Positions 20,293 to 30,184 of a DNA stretch of 64,000 nt are shown here, in pieces. How positions within the stretch are numbered: position 1 is the stretch's first letter; each line of letters opens with the position of its first letter. The DNA is taken from contig JBMOKT010000021.1 in NCBI GenBank assembly GCA_049323895.1, positions 193,219 to 257,218 of the forward strand. The letters are read 5' to 3'. The translations under genes were made by a program, and so were the position numbers. The notes under the pieces were generated by a model. The model saw nothing but the letters and a program-made list of their open reading frames with translations, ran no database searches and was not told the DNA's origin. Origin of the DNA: Bacillota bacterium (GTDB lineage Bacteria > Bacillota > Peptococcia > Peptococcales > BICA1-8).

Positions 20293-21315
20293 TCAGCCGA
20301 ATTTAAGGTTTGGTACTGCATTTAAGGTTAAATCGGCGTATTCGCCACGCACAGCTTTATAATGAGCTGCTGCACCAATCATAGCCGCATTATCGGTACA
20401 GTATTTAATAGGGGGATATAAAATTTTTATTCCTTGTAAGCCCCCTAGTTTTTCTAATCTTGCCCTTAATGCTGTGTTGGCAGCAACGCCACCAGCTAAC
20501 AGAATAGTGTTTACCTGGAATTCTTGGGCCGCTCTTATGGTTTTGGTTGCTAAAACATCAACAACTGCTTCCTGAAAACTAGCAGCAATATTCTCTGTAT
20601 TAATAGTATTTCCCTTCATTTGATTCTGATTTAGGTAATTTAGTACAGCTGACTTTATTCCGCTGAAACTAAAATCATAACTCCCCTCTTCCAACCAAGC
20701 CCTTGGCAGCTCTATAGCATTAGGATCTCCCTCTTGGGCTGCCTTTTCGACCTGCGGACCCCCGGGATAGCCTAAACCTATAGAGCGGGCTACCTTATCA
20801 AAGGCCTCACCTGCAGCGTCATCCCGGGTCTGACCTAAAAATACATATTGACCATGCTGGGTAATCTTAACCAGCGTGGTATGTCCACCGGAAACGATGA
20901 GACAAATGACGGGGAACTCAATATTATCATGAACTAAGAAATTGCCATACACATGTCCCTCAATATGGTGTACACCAATTAAAGACTTTCCTGCCGCATA
21001 GGCCATAGCCTTAGCTGCAGAAAGACCTACTAATAATGCACCTACTAAACCAGGTCCATAGGTAACACCATAGTGAGTGATACTGTCAAAGGTTAATCCC
21101 GCCTGGTTTAGTGTCTCATCTATAACAATATTTATTAGCTCCAAGTGTTTTCTGGAGGCTACCTCAGGTACAACTCCGCCAAATTTTTGATGGGTTGTAA
21201 TTTGGGAGGCAACAACTTCAGCTAATATCTCCCTGCCATTTTTTACTATGGCAGCCGCTGTTTCGTCACAACTTGTCTCAATAGCTAGAATTATAGTATC
21301 CTTCATTAATTTCAC
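20293..21315 (-). CDS. tsaD: tRNA N6-adenosine threonylcarbamoyltransferase TsaD
   Basis: ILAIETSCDETAAA, HHIEGH, GVAANTALR. Confidence 0.96.
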   Translation of the reverse strand: MKLMKDTIILAIETSCDETAAAIVKNGREILAEVVASQITTHQKFGGVVPEVASRKHLELINIVIDETLNQAGLTFDSITHYGVTYGPGLVGALLVGLSAAKAMAYAAGKSLIGVHHIEGHVYGNFLVHDNIEFPVICLIVSGGHTTLVKITQHGQYVFLGQTRDDAAGEAFDKVARSIGLGYPGGPQVEKAAQEGDPNAIELPRAWLEEGSYDFSFSGIKSAVLNYLNQNQMKGNTINTENIAASFQEAVVDVLATKTIRAAQEFQVNTILLAGGVAANTALRARLEKLGGLQGIKILYPPIKYCTDNAAMIGAAAHYKAVRGEYADLTLNAVPNLKFG

Positions 21316-21794
21316 TCCAAAATTCCCTCACGAAGAGATTTCCACATGATTACTGCATCCTCATTATTATCAACATAATAACCTTTTCGTAATCCGGCTT
21401 CTTTAAAACCCAATCGTTCATATAATGTCTGTGCACTTTTGTTGGATTTACGCACCTCTAAGGTAATCCTTTCCGCACCCCTGAGGATTGCTTTTTCAAT
21501 TAACTTTAGCATTAATATCTCTCCATAACGTCTGCCCCTGTAGGGTGGCGCGATGGCGATATTGGTAATATGTGCTTCATCCAATATAATCCACATTCCT
21601 CCATAACCGATTACCTTGTCTCTATCTTGGTCAGGTGTTACCACAAAATAAACTGCGAAATTGTTATCCAGCACTTCACAGCTAAATGCATAAGAAGACC
21701 AGGGGGTAGTAAAGGATACATTTTCAATCTCCACAACCTTGGAGACATCTGCCAATTCCATTTCCCGCAGAGTAACCCCGTTTGCTTCACACAT
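21312..21794 (-). CDS. rimI: ribosomal-protein-alanine N-acetyltransferase RimI
   Basis: GNAT fold (IAIAPPYRGRRYGEILM), in the conserved position between tsaB and tsaD. Confidence 0.88.
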   Translation of the reverse strand: MCEANGVTLREMELADVSKVVEIENVSFTTPWSSYAFSCEVLDNNFAVYFVVTPDQDRDKVIGYGGMWIILDEAHITNIAIAPPYRGRRYGEILMLKLIEKAILRGAERITLEVRKSNKSAQTLYERLGFKEAGLRKGYYVDNNEDAVIMWKSLREGILE

Positions 21795-22488
21795 TTTTTG
21801 CCTCCCATTTAACTTCTGCTTCCGATTTTCTTAAGTAAAAGGGTTCTAATCGGAAGATATCGTCAGATAAACCTTCTTGAAGTTTTTTTAAACCCAAAAA
21901 TCCCAAGGAGGCTGCCCTAGGTAAAAGGTTATGGATCGGTGCCCAACCAGCCTTTTCTCCCAGCAAAAGGTGGAGAACTTGGTGGTATTCAGCTACACCG
22001 TCACCCAGAAAGGTAGTTTTGTGCTCTAACTGTAATAGCTTTTCGGCAAGAACCTCTGGATTAATAGCCCAAAAATCGCTTATCCTTTGAAGATCTTCTC
22101 CTTGCATTTCATATAAAGCACAATAGACTTCTTGCTTTCTGGCATTTAAAATAGGGCAAATAACACCAGGGTATCCTTTTAGGTTATAGGCCAAAGCATC
22201 TAAGGTTGGTATCCCTATAAGTTTTAAACCGGTAACCTGAGCAATACTTTTTGCCGTCGCCATACCGATTCTTAAGCCTGTAAAGGAACCTGGTCCGGAA
22301 CTTACGGCAATACCATCAATGTCGGCTAGCTTTAGGTTTGCAGAATCCAGGGTATGTTTAATAAGAGGCAGCAACTGCTGGGAGTGGGTATTTCCCGTAT
22401 TTAGAAAACTCTCTGCCAAAACTCTATTTTTATCAACTATAGCTACTCCTGCAACAGGAGTAGCACTATCTATGCTTAGAATAATCAT
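21787..22488 (-). CDS. tsaB: tRNA threonylcarbamoyladenosine biosynthesis protein TsaB
   Basis: ILSIDSATPVAGVAI..., GPGSFTGLRIG. Confidence 0.92.
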   Translation of the reverse strand: MIILSIDSATPVAGVAIVDKNRVLAESFLNTGNTHSQQLLPLIKHTLDSANLKLADIDGIAVSSGPGSFTGLRIGMATAKSIAQVTGLKLIGIPTLDALAYNLKGYPGVICPILNARKQEVYCALYEMQGEDLQRISDFWAINPEVLAEKLLQLEHKTTFLGDGVAEYHQVLHLLLGEKAGWAPIHNLLPRAASLGFLGLKKLQEGLSDDIFRLEPFYLRKSEAEVKWEAKNV

Positions 22489-22942
22489 GGCCAGTCAACT
22501 CCTCCACTAGCCTTTTATATTTTTCCCCCTGGGGATAAAAACATATTTCTCTGCCTTCTTCCCCTTGATTGAATACTAAAGCTAAATGTTCAGCAGGCAA
22601 GATATCCCTAATTATATCAGCCCATTCTACAACAGTAACACCATTACCGTAAAAGTATTCTTCATATCCTAAATCATCCATTTCCTGCACATCTTTCAAA
22701 CGGTAAACATCCATATGAAATAAAGGTATTCTACCATTGGTATATTCATGGATAATGGTAAAGGTTGGGCTTGTAATATCCTCTTCAATACCCAGACCCC
22801 TGGCAATTCCTTTAGAAAAAACTGTTTTTCCAGCCCCCAACTGACCAATCAGGGCAATAAAGTCACCAGGTTCCAGGTATTTTGCCATCCTTTGTCCCAC
22901 ATATTCGGTTTCTTTCTCTTGTTTAGTTATTACACAAACCAA
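22466..22942 (-). CDS. tsaE: tRNA threonylcarbamoyladenosine biosynthesis ATPase TsaE
   Basis: Walker A GQLGAGKT, SPTFTI, HMDVYRL. Confidence 0.93.
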   Translation of the reverse strand: MVCVITKQEKETEYVGQRMAKYLEPGDFIALIGQLGAGKTVFSKGIARGLGIEEDITSPTFTIIHEYTNGRIPLFHMDVYRLKDVQEMDDLGYEEYFYGNGVTVVEWADIIRDILPAEHLALVFNQGEEGREICFYPQGEKYKRLVEELTGHDYSKHR

Positions 22943-23084
22943 TTAAAAATCCTCCCTAATATTTCCTAACTATAGTCTGTAGTATATCCTAATACAAGAT
23001 TAGAAAAACAGCAAGAAAAAAAACGGCATCTTTGCCGTTTAGGTTCCGCTCCGCTAGCATAAGGCTAAGGTAAAGAAAGGGGAA

Positions 23085-23306
23085 AAGTGAAAAAGTAAAA
23101 TAGTGTAAGAGAAAAAGTACTTCAAAGATAGTCATAAAGTTTACTATCATACTTTCACACTTTCTAACTTACCAACAGCTTAGTCAGCTATTGGCTATTG
23201 ACTATCGACCATCGACAATCGGCCTATCTAGTCACTAGTCACTAGTCACCATTCACCAGTCACCAGTCACCAGTCACCAGTCACCAGTCACCAGTTACCA
23301 GTTACC
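23085..23306. repeat. family-A drifting heptamer array, about 30 consecutive 7-bp units
   Basis: The array ends in GTCACTA x2, GTCACCA, TTCACCA, GTCACCA x5, GTTACCA x2. The same 7-nt register continues upstream through GCTATTG GCTATTG ACTATCG ACCATCG ACAATCG. Confidence 0.9.
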
Positions 23307-23331
23307 TTGCCCAAGATGTTAACCCAGTAGT

Positions 23332-23724
23332 CTACGCATACACCTTAATATCCTTCCCTTTAATAAGGCTGTCCACGTATTGGATGAGAGCCTCTATGTC
23401 AAATGGCTTAAGAATATATCCCACAGCTCCGCCTTTTTTTATCTGTTCAATGGTCTCCACTTCTCCATATGCGGTCATCATTATAACCTTTATTTGGGGG
23501 CGGGAATGTTTGATTTTATATAAAGCAGTAATGCCATCCATTACAGGCATTTTAATATCCATAATCATCAGCTTGGGCAGCATCTCCAGAGCAAGTTTTG
23601 CCCCTTCCTCACCATTAGCTGCAGTTCCAACGCTATAGCCTATGTCTCCTAGTGCAGTTGCCAGCAATGACCTAACACCAAGCTGGTCATCAACAACCAG
23701 TATATCAAGTTTAGACTTGTCCAT
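23332..23724 (-). CDS. single-domain response regulator (CheY-like receiver)
   Basis: ORF trimmed to the ATG at 23724 (RBS GGGGGT). It reads LDILVVDD, has the phospho-acceptor context MIMDIKMPVMDG, and ends with KPF. Confidence 0.85.
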   Translation of the reverse strand: MDKSKLDILVVDDQLGVRSLLATALGDIGYSVGTAANGEEGAKLALEMLPKLMIMDIKMPVMDGITALYKIKHSRPQIKVIMMTAYGEVETIEQIKKGGAVGYILKPFDIEALIQYVDSLIKGKDIKVYA

Positions 23725-23808
23725 ATTTACCCCCAGCAACTCTTTATGCCAAATAATATTAAAAAGTTAATTCTATAAATACCCAAGATATCCTTTGGTG
23801 AAAAATGA

Positions 23809-24960
23809 CTAATTTTGGGATTGTCTGTCGTTTTGTTCAAAAACTTCAATACCATTGATAAAAACCCGGATAGGCTTACTCTTGATATCTAGAGGATGTC
23901 CATTCCAAATAACCAGGTCAGCATCCTTGCCTTTCCTAATACTACCTATCCTATCCTCCAGTCCAAGAATTTTTGCAGGGTTAACAGTCATGGCTTCCAA
24001 TGCCTGCCTTTCATCCATTCCTTCCTTGACAGCAAGGGCAGCACATAAGGGGAGATACTGGACAGGTATTACCGGGTGATCCGTCATTAAAGCCACAACA
24101 ATACCACTTTTAGCTAAAATCCCTGGGGTCTTAAAGGTTCTTTCCCCTAACTCCACCTTAGCCCTGCTGGTTAAAGATGGTCCCACTACTGCTTGAACCT
24201 GGGCTGCCATTAATTCATCAACAATCTTATGACCTTCTGTACAATGCTCTATAATTAATTTAGCTCCAAATTCATCTGCAATCCTGATTGCTGTTAATAT
24301 ATCATCTGCCCGGTGGGCATGGGCTCGAATGGGTAATTGTCCGTCTAGGACCTTTAGTATATTTTCCTTTTTTAGATCCCGTTCCTTATCCCCTTTAGCT
24401 TTGTAATTTTGCGCATCAATAAAAGATTGCCTAAGGAGGGCAGCTGTTGCCATCCTGGTATGGGGCATTTTTTTCTGTTGACCATATACCCTTTTGGGAT
24501 TTTCGCCTAGAGCTATTTTCAATCCTACCTCAGGGTTTATCACCATCTCTTGAAATGATCTTCCCCACACCTTAAGTACACAGGCTAATCCTCCGATCAC
24601 ATTAGCACTTCCTGGTGTAATCATTACCGAAGTAACACCGCCCAAAAGGGCATCCTTAAATCCCAGATCATCAGGATTAATGGCATCTATAGCACGCAAC
24701 TGAGGGGTCAGGGGATCGGTTATTTCGTTAGTGTCATCGCCTTCAATTTGGTAAACCTCTTCTGCAATCCCTACATGGGTATGGGCGTCAATAAAGCCGG
24801 GAAAAATATAATTATTTTCCCCATCAATTACTTGTATATCCTTAGGCAGGGAAATGCCTTCACCTGCTTCAACTATCTTCCCGTTCTCTATCAATATTGT
24901 CCCATTTAGGTAATCATTTTCTTCCATGGTAATGATTTTTCCATTGGTAATGGCAATCAT
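23809..24960 (-). CDS. metal-dependent amidohydrolase family protein
   Basis: PGFIDAHTHVG N-terminal metal motif and a C-terminal GKDADLVIW motif. Confidence 0.8.
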   Translation of the reverse strand: MIAITNGKIITMEENDYLNGTILIENGKIVEAGEGISLPKDIQVIDGENNYIFPGFIDAHTHVGIAEEVYQIEGDDTNEITDPLTPQLRAIDAINPDDLGFKDALLGGVTSVMITPGSANVIGGLACVLKVWGRSFQEMVINPEVGLKIALGENPKRVYGQQKKMPHTRMATAALLRQSFIDAQNYKAKGDKERDLKKENILKVLDGQLPIRAHAHRADDILTAIRIADEFGAKLIIEHCTEGHKIVDELMAAQVQAVVGPSLTSRAKVELGERTFKTPGILAKSGIVVALMTDHPVIPVQYLPLCAALAVKEGMDERQALEAMTVNPAKILGLEDRIGSIRKGKDADLVIWNGHPLDIKSKPIRVFINGIEVFEQNDRQSQN

Positions 24961-25817
24961 GGCTCTATTACCCCAGACATACGAAATACCTCCACGCCTT
25001 TTTCCTCTATTGCCTTAATTAAGAGATTTATTCCTATAGAATCACTGGCCATATGACCTGCCACAATAATATTGCCGATATTTTGTTCCTTAACTGCTTT
25101 TACAATATCATCGGGCACATGCATTAATACTAATGTCCCTATACCAGCTTCAAAATATGCCTTGACTACGTCTTTACCGCCGCTGGTTCCACCGGCCATG
25201 GTTACAAACACCCGCCCAGCATAGCTGCTTTCCGAGCCAACCCGGACCTTGGGCTTAGCATAAGAATTACTATATTCCGGTATTTCTAAGAGAAGATCAA
25301 TAATATCCTTTATTGTGGCTTGAGGTTGATTTGCAAGCCTATCATCCAGGTATTGCTGCAAATAATCTTCCACCAGCAAATCGGCCGGTGAATGGAGGGA
25401 GATAAAAGGCATATCTAACAGCTTGGCAGCATTAGCAGCCTTATCGTAATTAGAAACGTGCATGCTCCTGTCTACCTGTTCCTTTCTCTCGGCTAAAGCC
25501 TTTTGGGCCTTATTGATGGGCACACCAGCCTCAACCATCCTATCTATTTGATTATCCATGACCTTATAAAGATCAACCTTGTGTTTAGAATGAGGATGAT
25601 GGGTAATCACACAATCAATACCAAGTTCCTTAGCTAAAAGTATTTCCGATGTATCAATATCTACCCCAAAGGCAATCTTACGGATATTTTTCCCTGGCAC
25701 AATTATGCCGCTGTCTGCCGGTGCTTCTGTTAACCCTGCGGCCCGCAGGGCAATGTCAAAAATTTGCTGGGTATTTAACATGGATGTACCTCCTTTTTTC
25801 TTGGGTGAAGACTGCAT
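24957..25817 (-). CDS. Nif3-like (DUF34) dinuclear metal centre protein
   Basis: The motifs DCVITHHPH and AGHMASD resemble the Nif3 family. The start may be the internal MLNTQQIF (25781). Confidence 0.5.
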   Translation of the reverse strand: MQSSPKKKGGTSMLNTQQIFDIALRAAGLTEAPADSGIIVPGKNIRKIAFGVDIDTSEILLAKELGIDCVITHHPHSKHKVDLYKVMDNQIDRMVEAGVPINKAQKALAERKEQVDRSMHVSNYDKAANAAKLLDMPFISLHSPADLLVEDYLQQYLDDRLANQPQATIKDIIDLLLEIPEYSNSYAKPKVRVGSESSYAGRVFVTMAGGTSGGKDVVKAYFEAGIGTLVLMHVPDDIVKAVKEQNIGNIIVAGHMASDSIGINLLIKAIEEKGVEVFRMSGVIEP

Positions 25818-25820
25818 GTT

Positions 25821-25975
25821 GAGTGGCTAGTGGCTAGTTGGCAAATAGTCTATAGTCGATAGCTAATGGTTACTAGTATAATGTTTTAATTGACAGTATG
25901 ATAGTATGATGAGTAGTAGTTTACCAATTAGTCTTTTTTCTATAGCACTGTCACACTATCACACTGTCATCCAAG
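25821..25975. repeat. family-A drifting heptamer array
   Basis: GTGGCTA GTGGCTA GTTGGCA AATAGTC TATAGTC GATAGCT AATGGTT ACTAGTA ... ATAGCAC TGTCACA CTATCAC ACTGTCA. Confidence 0.8.
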
Positions 25976-26049
25976 CTTACATATAAGACGTCGCACTATC
26001 ATTCAATTTTGCTGCGGTGCTTCACACTGACCAAAGCTTAACTACAAAG

Positions 26050-28197
26050 TCATAGGCGCATTGTCAATGAAATCCTGCCCCGGGCAGTATCTACTTCAAG
26101 GACCTTAACCTTGACAATATCTCCGACTGCTGCAACCTCCATGGGGTGTTTAATATATTTTTCCCCTAACTGGGATATATGTACCAAACCATCTTGCTTG
26201 ACTCCTATATCAACAAAAGCACCAAAATCAACAACATTTCTAATTGTCCCCTGTAGTTCCATGCCGGGCTTGAGGTCCTCCATAGCTAAAACATCAGTAC
26301 GGAAAAGGGGTGGAGGAAGTTCCTCCCTGGGGTCCCGTCCCGGCTTTTGCAGAGCCTCCATTATATCTTTCAGGGTAGGTTCCCCAATTTCCAGCCTTTG
26401 AGCCATTTCCCTCAGGTTAACCTTGGCTAGAGAACTTCTTATTTGCGTTATTTTTTCAGTATTTAGTTCATTGATACCGAAACCCAAAATTGCAAGGAGC
26501 CTTTCGGCTGCCTGATAGGACTCTGGATGGACAGGAGTATTTTCCAAAGGATTGCTGCCATCAGCGATACGGATAAAACCTGCGCATTGGACAAAAGCCT
26601 TTTGCCCCAACCTCGGTACCTTCATTAGCTGCTCCCGGTTTGTAATTTTGCCATTTTCCTCACGGTATTTGACTATGCCATCAGCTGTTGATTTTGTTAA
26701 TCCGGCTACATACTGCAAGAGGGCACTAGAGGCAGTATTCACTTCCACCCCCACACTGTTTACACATGACTCTACAACTCCGGTTAAAGCTTCATCTAAT
26801 CGCTTAGGCGTCACATCATGCTGATACTGTCCTACACCAACAGCTTTGGGTTCAATTTTCACCAATTCCGCCAAAGGATCTTGCAGCCTTCTCGCAATAG
26901 ATACGGCACTCCTTAAAGAAAGGTCAAAATCAGGAAATTCTTCCTTGGCCAGCTTGGATGCGGAATAAACAGAGGCTCCCGCTTCGGAAACTATGATATA
27001 CTGCACAGGCTTTTCTAAATCCTTGATTAAGCCCGCTACCAATAACTCTGTCTCCCGGGAGGCAGTGCCATTGCCAATAGCAATAATATCAACATTTCTT
27101 TTATCTATTATTTCCTTTATTTGTTTTTTTGCATCCGCGGCTTTATTCTGAGGCGGATGGGGATACATTACCCCGACATCCAGAAGCTTTCCTGTCTCAT
27201 CCACCACAGCCAGTTTGCAGCCGGTTCGATAGCCAGGGTCTACACCCAGCACAACCTTGCTCTTAACAGGTGGCTGCAGCAAAAGGTTATGCAGGTTTTT
27301 GGCAAATACAGTGATTGCCTGTTCCTCTGCCTTAGAGGTCAGTTCGTTCCTTATTTCCCGCTCAATAGCAGGAGCAATCAACCTTTTAAATCCATCCCTA
27401 ATTGCTTCACCTACTAGGTTTTTGCAGTTCAACCCTGCTTGGGAAATATAATTATTTCCGATTCGTTCTATAATTTTGTCTTCCGGCTGGATAATTTTAA
27501 CCTGGAGGGACTTTTCATTTTCTCCTCTATTAACAGCAAGGACCCGATGGGGAGGTATTTTCTTGACAGGCTCTTGGTAATCATAATACATCTCATATGG
27601 TGTTACATCTTCAGTATTTACCCCTTTGGAACTAAGGATACCTTCCTGCCAGACCAGGTGACGGACAATTTTTCTTATTTCGGCATCATCTGCTACCTGT
27701 TCCGCTAAAATATCTTTTGCTCCCTGAAGAGCTTGTCCGATATCTTCTACCCCTAATTCTTCATTTATAAAACCGGCAGCCAGTTCTTCCGGCATTTCCC
27801 TTCTTCCTTTATCCAAAAACATAAAAGCCAAAGGCTCGAGCCCCTTTTCCTTAGCCACACTGGCCCTGGTCTTCCTTTTAGGTCTATAGGGAAGATATAA
27901 ATCCTCTACTTCCTGTAAAACCTTAGCCTCATTGATAGCCTTTTCCAATTCAGGGGTTAGTTTTTCCTGGTCACTAATAGATTTAATTACTTCTTCTTTC
28001 CTTTTGCTTAGATTACGTAAGTATCCAAGCCTTTCAACCAGCTGCCTTAGCAGGGTCTCGTCCATTTCTCCTGTCACTTCTTTTCTATAACGGGCAATAA
28101 AAGGGATGGTATTGCCCTCATCCAATAATCCAATAGTACTGGCAACCTTATTCTGTGGCCAATTCAATTCTTTTGCTAACTGTTCAACATGTGTCAT
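26050..28197 (-). CDS. tex: transcription accessory protein Tex (S1 RNA-binding)
   Basis: 715 aa, N-terminus TIPFIARYRKE, YqgF-like centre, C-terminal S1 domain GTIRNVVDFGAFVDIG. Confidence 0.95.
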   Translation of the reverse strand: MTHVEQLAKELNWPQNKVASTIGLLDEGNTIPFIARYRKEVTGEMDETLLRQLVERLGYLRNLSKRKEEVIKSISDQEKLTPELEKAINEAKVLQEVEDLYLPYRPKRKTRASVAKEKGLEPLAFMFLDKGRREMPEELAAGFINEELGVEDIGQALQGAKDILAEQVADDAEIRKIVRHLVWQEGILSSKGVNTEDVTPYEMYYDYQEPVKKIPPHRVLAVNRGENEKSLQVKIIQPEDKIIERIGNNYISQAGLNCKNLVGEAIRDGFKRLIAPAIEREIRNELTSKAEEQAITVFAKNLHNLLLQPPVKSKVVLGVDPGYRTGCKLAVVDETGKLLDVGVMYPHPPQNKAADAKKQIKEIIDKRNVDIIAIGNGTASRETELLVAGLIKDLEKPVQYIIVSEAGASVYSASKLAKEEFPDFDLSLRSAVSIARRLQDPLAELVKIEPKAVGVGQYQHDVTPKRLDEALTGVVESCVNSVGVEVNTASSALLQYVAGLTKSTADGIVKYREENGKITNREQLMKVPRLGQKAFVQCAGFIRIADGSNPLENTPVHPESYQAAERLLAILGFGINELNTEKITQIRSSLAKVNLREMAQRLEIGEPTLKDIMEALQKPGRDPREELPPPLFRTDVLAMEDLKPGMELQGTIRNVVDFGAFVDIGVKQDGLVHISQLGEKYIKHPMEVAAVGDIVKVKVLEVDTARGRISLTMRL

Positions 28198-28217
28198 TTA
28201 TCTGTCCTCCTTTTATC

Positions 28218-28410
28218 TGCTTGGTGAAGATTAAGGGTCAGTAAAGCTTCTGGGTGAAGATTGCTAGTCTGCTATGCTTCTGGGTGAATATTATGAGTCT
28301 GATTTGCTTTTGGGTTAACATTGTTAGTCTGACATTTCTTACGGGCGAAGTTTGCTAGTCTGATTTTCCTTAGATATGCTTGTGTCAGACGCAAAAATAT
28401 TACTTCTAGG
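28218..28410 (+). repeat. family-B ~30-bp mosaic repeat array
   Basis: There are five to six units such as CTTCTGGGTGAAGATTGCTAGTCTG and CTTCTGGGTGAATATTATGAGTCTGA, ending in the module TGTGTCAGACGCAAAAATATTACTTCT. Confidence 0.85.
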
Positions 28411-28417
28411 GCAAGGT

Positions 28418-29116
28418 TCACTTCTTTGCATTGCCGACTAAATACTCAAACAGTGCTTTGGCATTTTTATCCCGGTCCCAGCAGCATTCAGGATGCCACT
28501 GTACACCAATTATCATTCGTTCCCTGTTTACAGATTCAACAGCTTCTACTATTCCATCCTCTGTCCAAGCGGATTTTATAAGACCGGCTCCAATATCTTT
28601 TACGGCCTGGTGATGAAAGGAATTAACTTTAATTTTATTCTTGCCAATTATATCTAAAAGAAGTGAATTATTTGCCACCTCTATTTCATGGTAGGGTGCC
28701 CATTTGGGAGCCTTTTGGTCATGCTCAATTTTTGTAATATGTTCGATATCCTGGTAGATATTACCTCCCGCTGCAATATTAAGTATTTGCATCCCCCGGC
28801 AGATGCCCAAAACCGGCTTTTTGCCATTAAGAGCCTTTTTAGCAAGATATAGTTCAAAGCGGTCCCGCAGAGGGGTTATTTCTCCGATACCCCTTAAGGG
28901 GCTCTGCCCAAAATAACCTGGATCTACATCCCCGCCGCCGGAAAAAATAATTCCATCAACCTGCTCATATAGTGCTTCTACTAGATTGATGCCTACTGAC
29001 GGCAAAAGAATAGGAATACCACCTAATGACTCAATAGCCTTAACGTAATAATCGGTGATAAAATGTTTTTCTTCGTTATTGTTAAATCCCGCAGTAATAC
29101 CAATAATGGGCTGCAT
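28418..29116 (-). CDS. class I glutamine amidotransferase / peptidase C26 (PuuD-like gamma-glutamyl hydrolase)
   Basis: GICRGMQ nucleophile elbow, SFHHQAV, QWHPE. Confidence 0.82.
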   Translation of the reverse strand: MQPIIGITAGFNNNEEKHFITDYYVKAIESLGGIPILLPSVGINLVEALYEQVDGIIFSGGGDVDPGYFGQSPLRGIGEITPLRDRFELYLAKKALNGKKPVLGICRGMQILNIAAGGNIYQDIEHITKIEHDQKAPKWAPYHEIEVANNSLLLDIIGKNKIKVNSFHHQAVKDIGAGLIKSAWTEDGIVEAVESVNRERMIIGVQWHPECCWDRDKNAKALFEYLVGNAKK

Positions 29117-29409
29117 TTTCTCAACTCCTTATTTCAGTAGCAAAACATTTGCTTACCATATAATAGTAATAATTTTTCATAATTATTACAATTAAAAATA
29201 AACCTTTATCATTGGTGTTATTCTGAAATAAATTTGAAACCACAGGACATTTTGGACCACACGGATAAAAATAGAACTTCATAGTTGGCTTTCGGGTTAT
29301 GAAGCTTAATATTTTCCCATAATAATGCTTTTCTGTAAATTCTGTAGCCACTGTAGCTACTAAAAAACAGCACTTTCATATAAAGTGCTGTTCTTTCTAT
29401 TCTATGTAA

Positions 29410-29763
29410 TTACAGCTCCAGCAAGCCCAAGCTTATTTCTAGAGCATGGCTTATTTTCTGCATCATTTTGTCATCAACGTTGCTTACCTTCTCTTTTAAT
29501 CTCCGTTTATCTATGGTTCTAACCTGTTCAGTCAGCACTACTGAGTCCTTTATCAAACCACTTTCTTTCGCACTAATCTCTACATGGGTTGGAAGTTTGG
29601 CTTTGCTTATTTGGCTGGTGATAGCTGCAACTATCGTTGTAGGACTGTATTGGTTGCCGATATCATTTTGGATAATCAGGACAGGACGTATTCCACCCTG
29701 TTCGGAACCAATAACAGGACTAAGTTCTGCAAAAAAAATATCACCACGCTTGACGTTTACCAT
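29410..29763 (-). CDS. mazF: MazF/EndoA (PemK) family endoribonuclease toxin
   Basis: [31 protein letters not shown]... closely resembles B. subtilis NdoA. Confidence 0.93.
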   Translation of the reverse strand: MVNVKRGDIFFAELSPVIGSEQGGIRPVLIIQNDIGNQYSPTTIVAAITSQISKAKLPTHVEISAKESGLIKDSVVLTEQVRTIDKRRLKEKVSNVDDKMMQKISHALEISLGLLEL

Positions 29764-29768
29764 ATTAT

Positions 29769-30059
29769 CTACACTCCAAGTGCTTTATCGAATAAAACTT
29801 GCACTTCATCCTCATTTATTATGCTTTCTTGGGCTAAAGCTAAATTTATAGTTGCCATTTCTTGATAACCTATACGCATCTGCTCTCTCAAAAATCTCCG
29901 CTTCCTCTCTTCGATATATAATTTCATAGCCTCACGGATAAACTCACTACGGTTTTTCTTTTCCAGGGCTACGATACCATCTACCTCATCCAATAGATAA
30001 TCAGGCAATGAAATCATTATCCGTTTTAAATCCGACACGTTTTTACCCCTCCCAAGCAT
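29769..30059 (-). CDS. RHH/CopG-type antitoxin (EndoAI/MazE-like)
   Basis: [12 protein letters not shown]...[12 protein letters not shown] parallels B. subtilis EndoAI. It sits between alr and mazF, as in Bacillus. Confidence 0.85.
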   Translation of the reverse strand: MLGRGKNVSDLKRIMISLPDYLLDEVDGIVALEKKNRSEFIREAMKLYIEERKRRFLREQMRIGYQEMATINLALAQESIINEDEVQVLFDKALGV

Positions 30060-30184
30060 AACAAAAAGAATACCCGTATTATAACGTACATACTTAATGC
30101 TATACCATTATATATATTATTTACGACGTGTGTCAATAAAATACCTCTTTTAAAAAAGCCGCCACTTGTGGTATTTTATTACAT

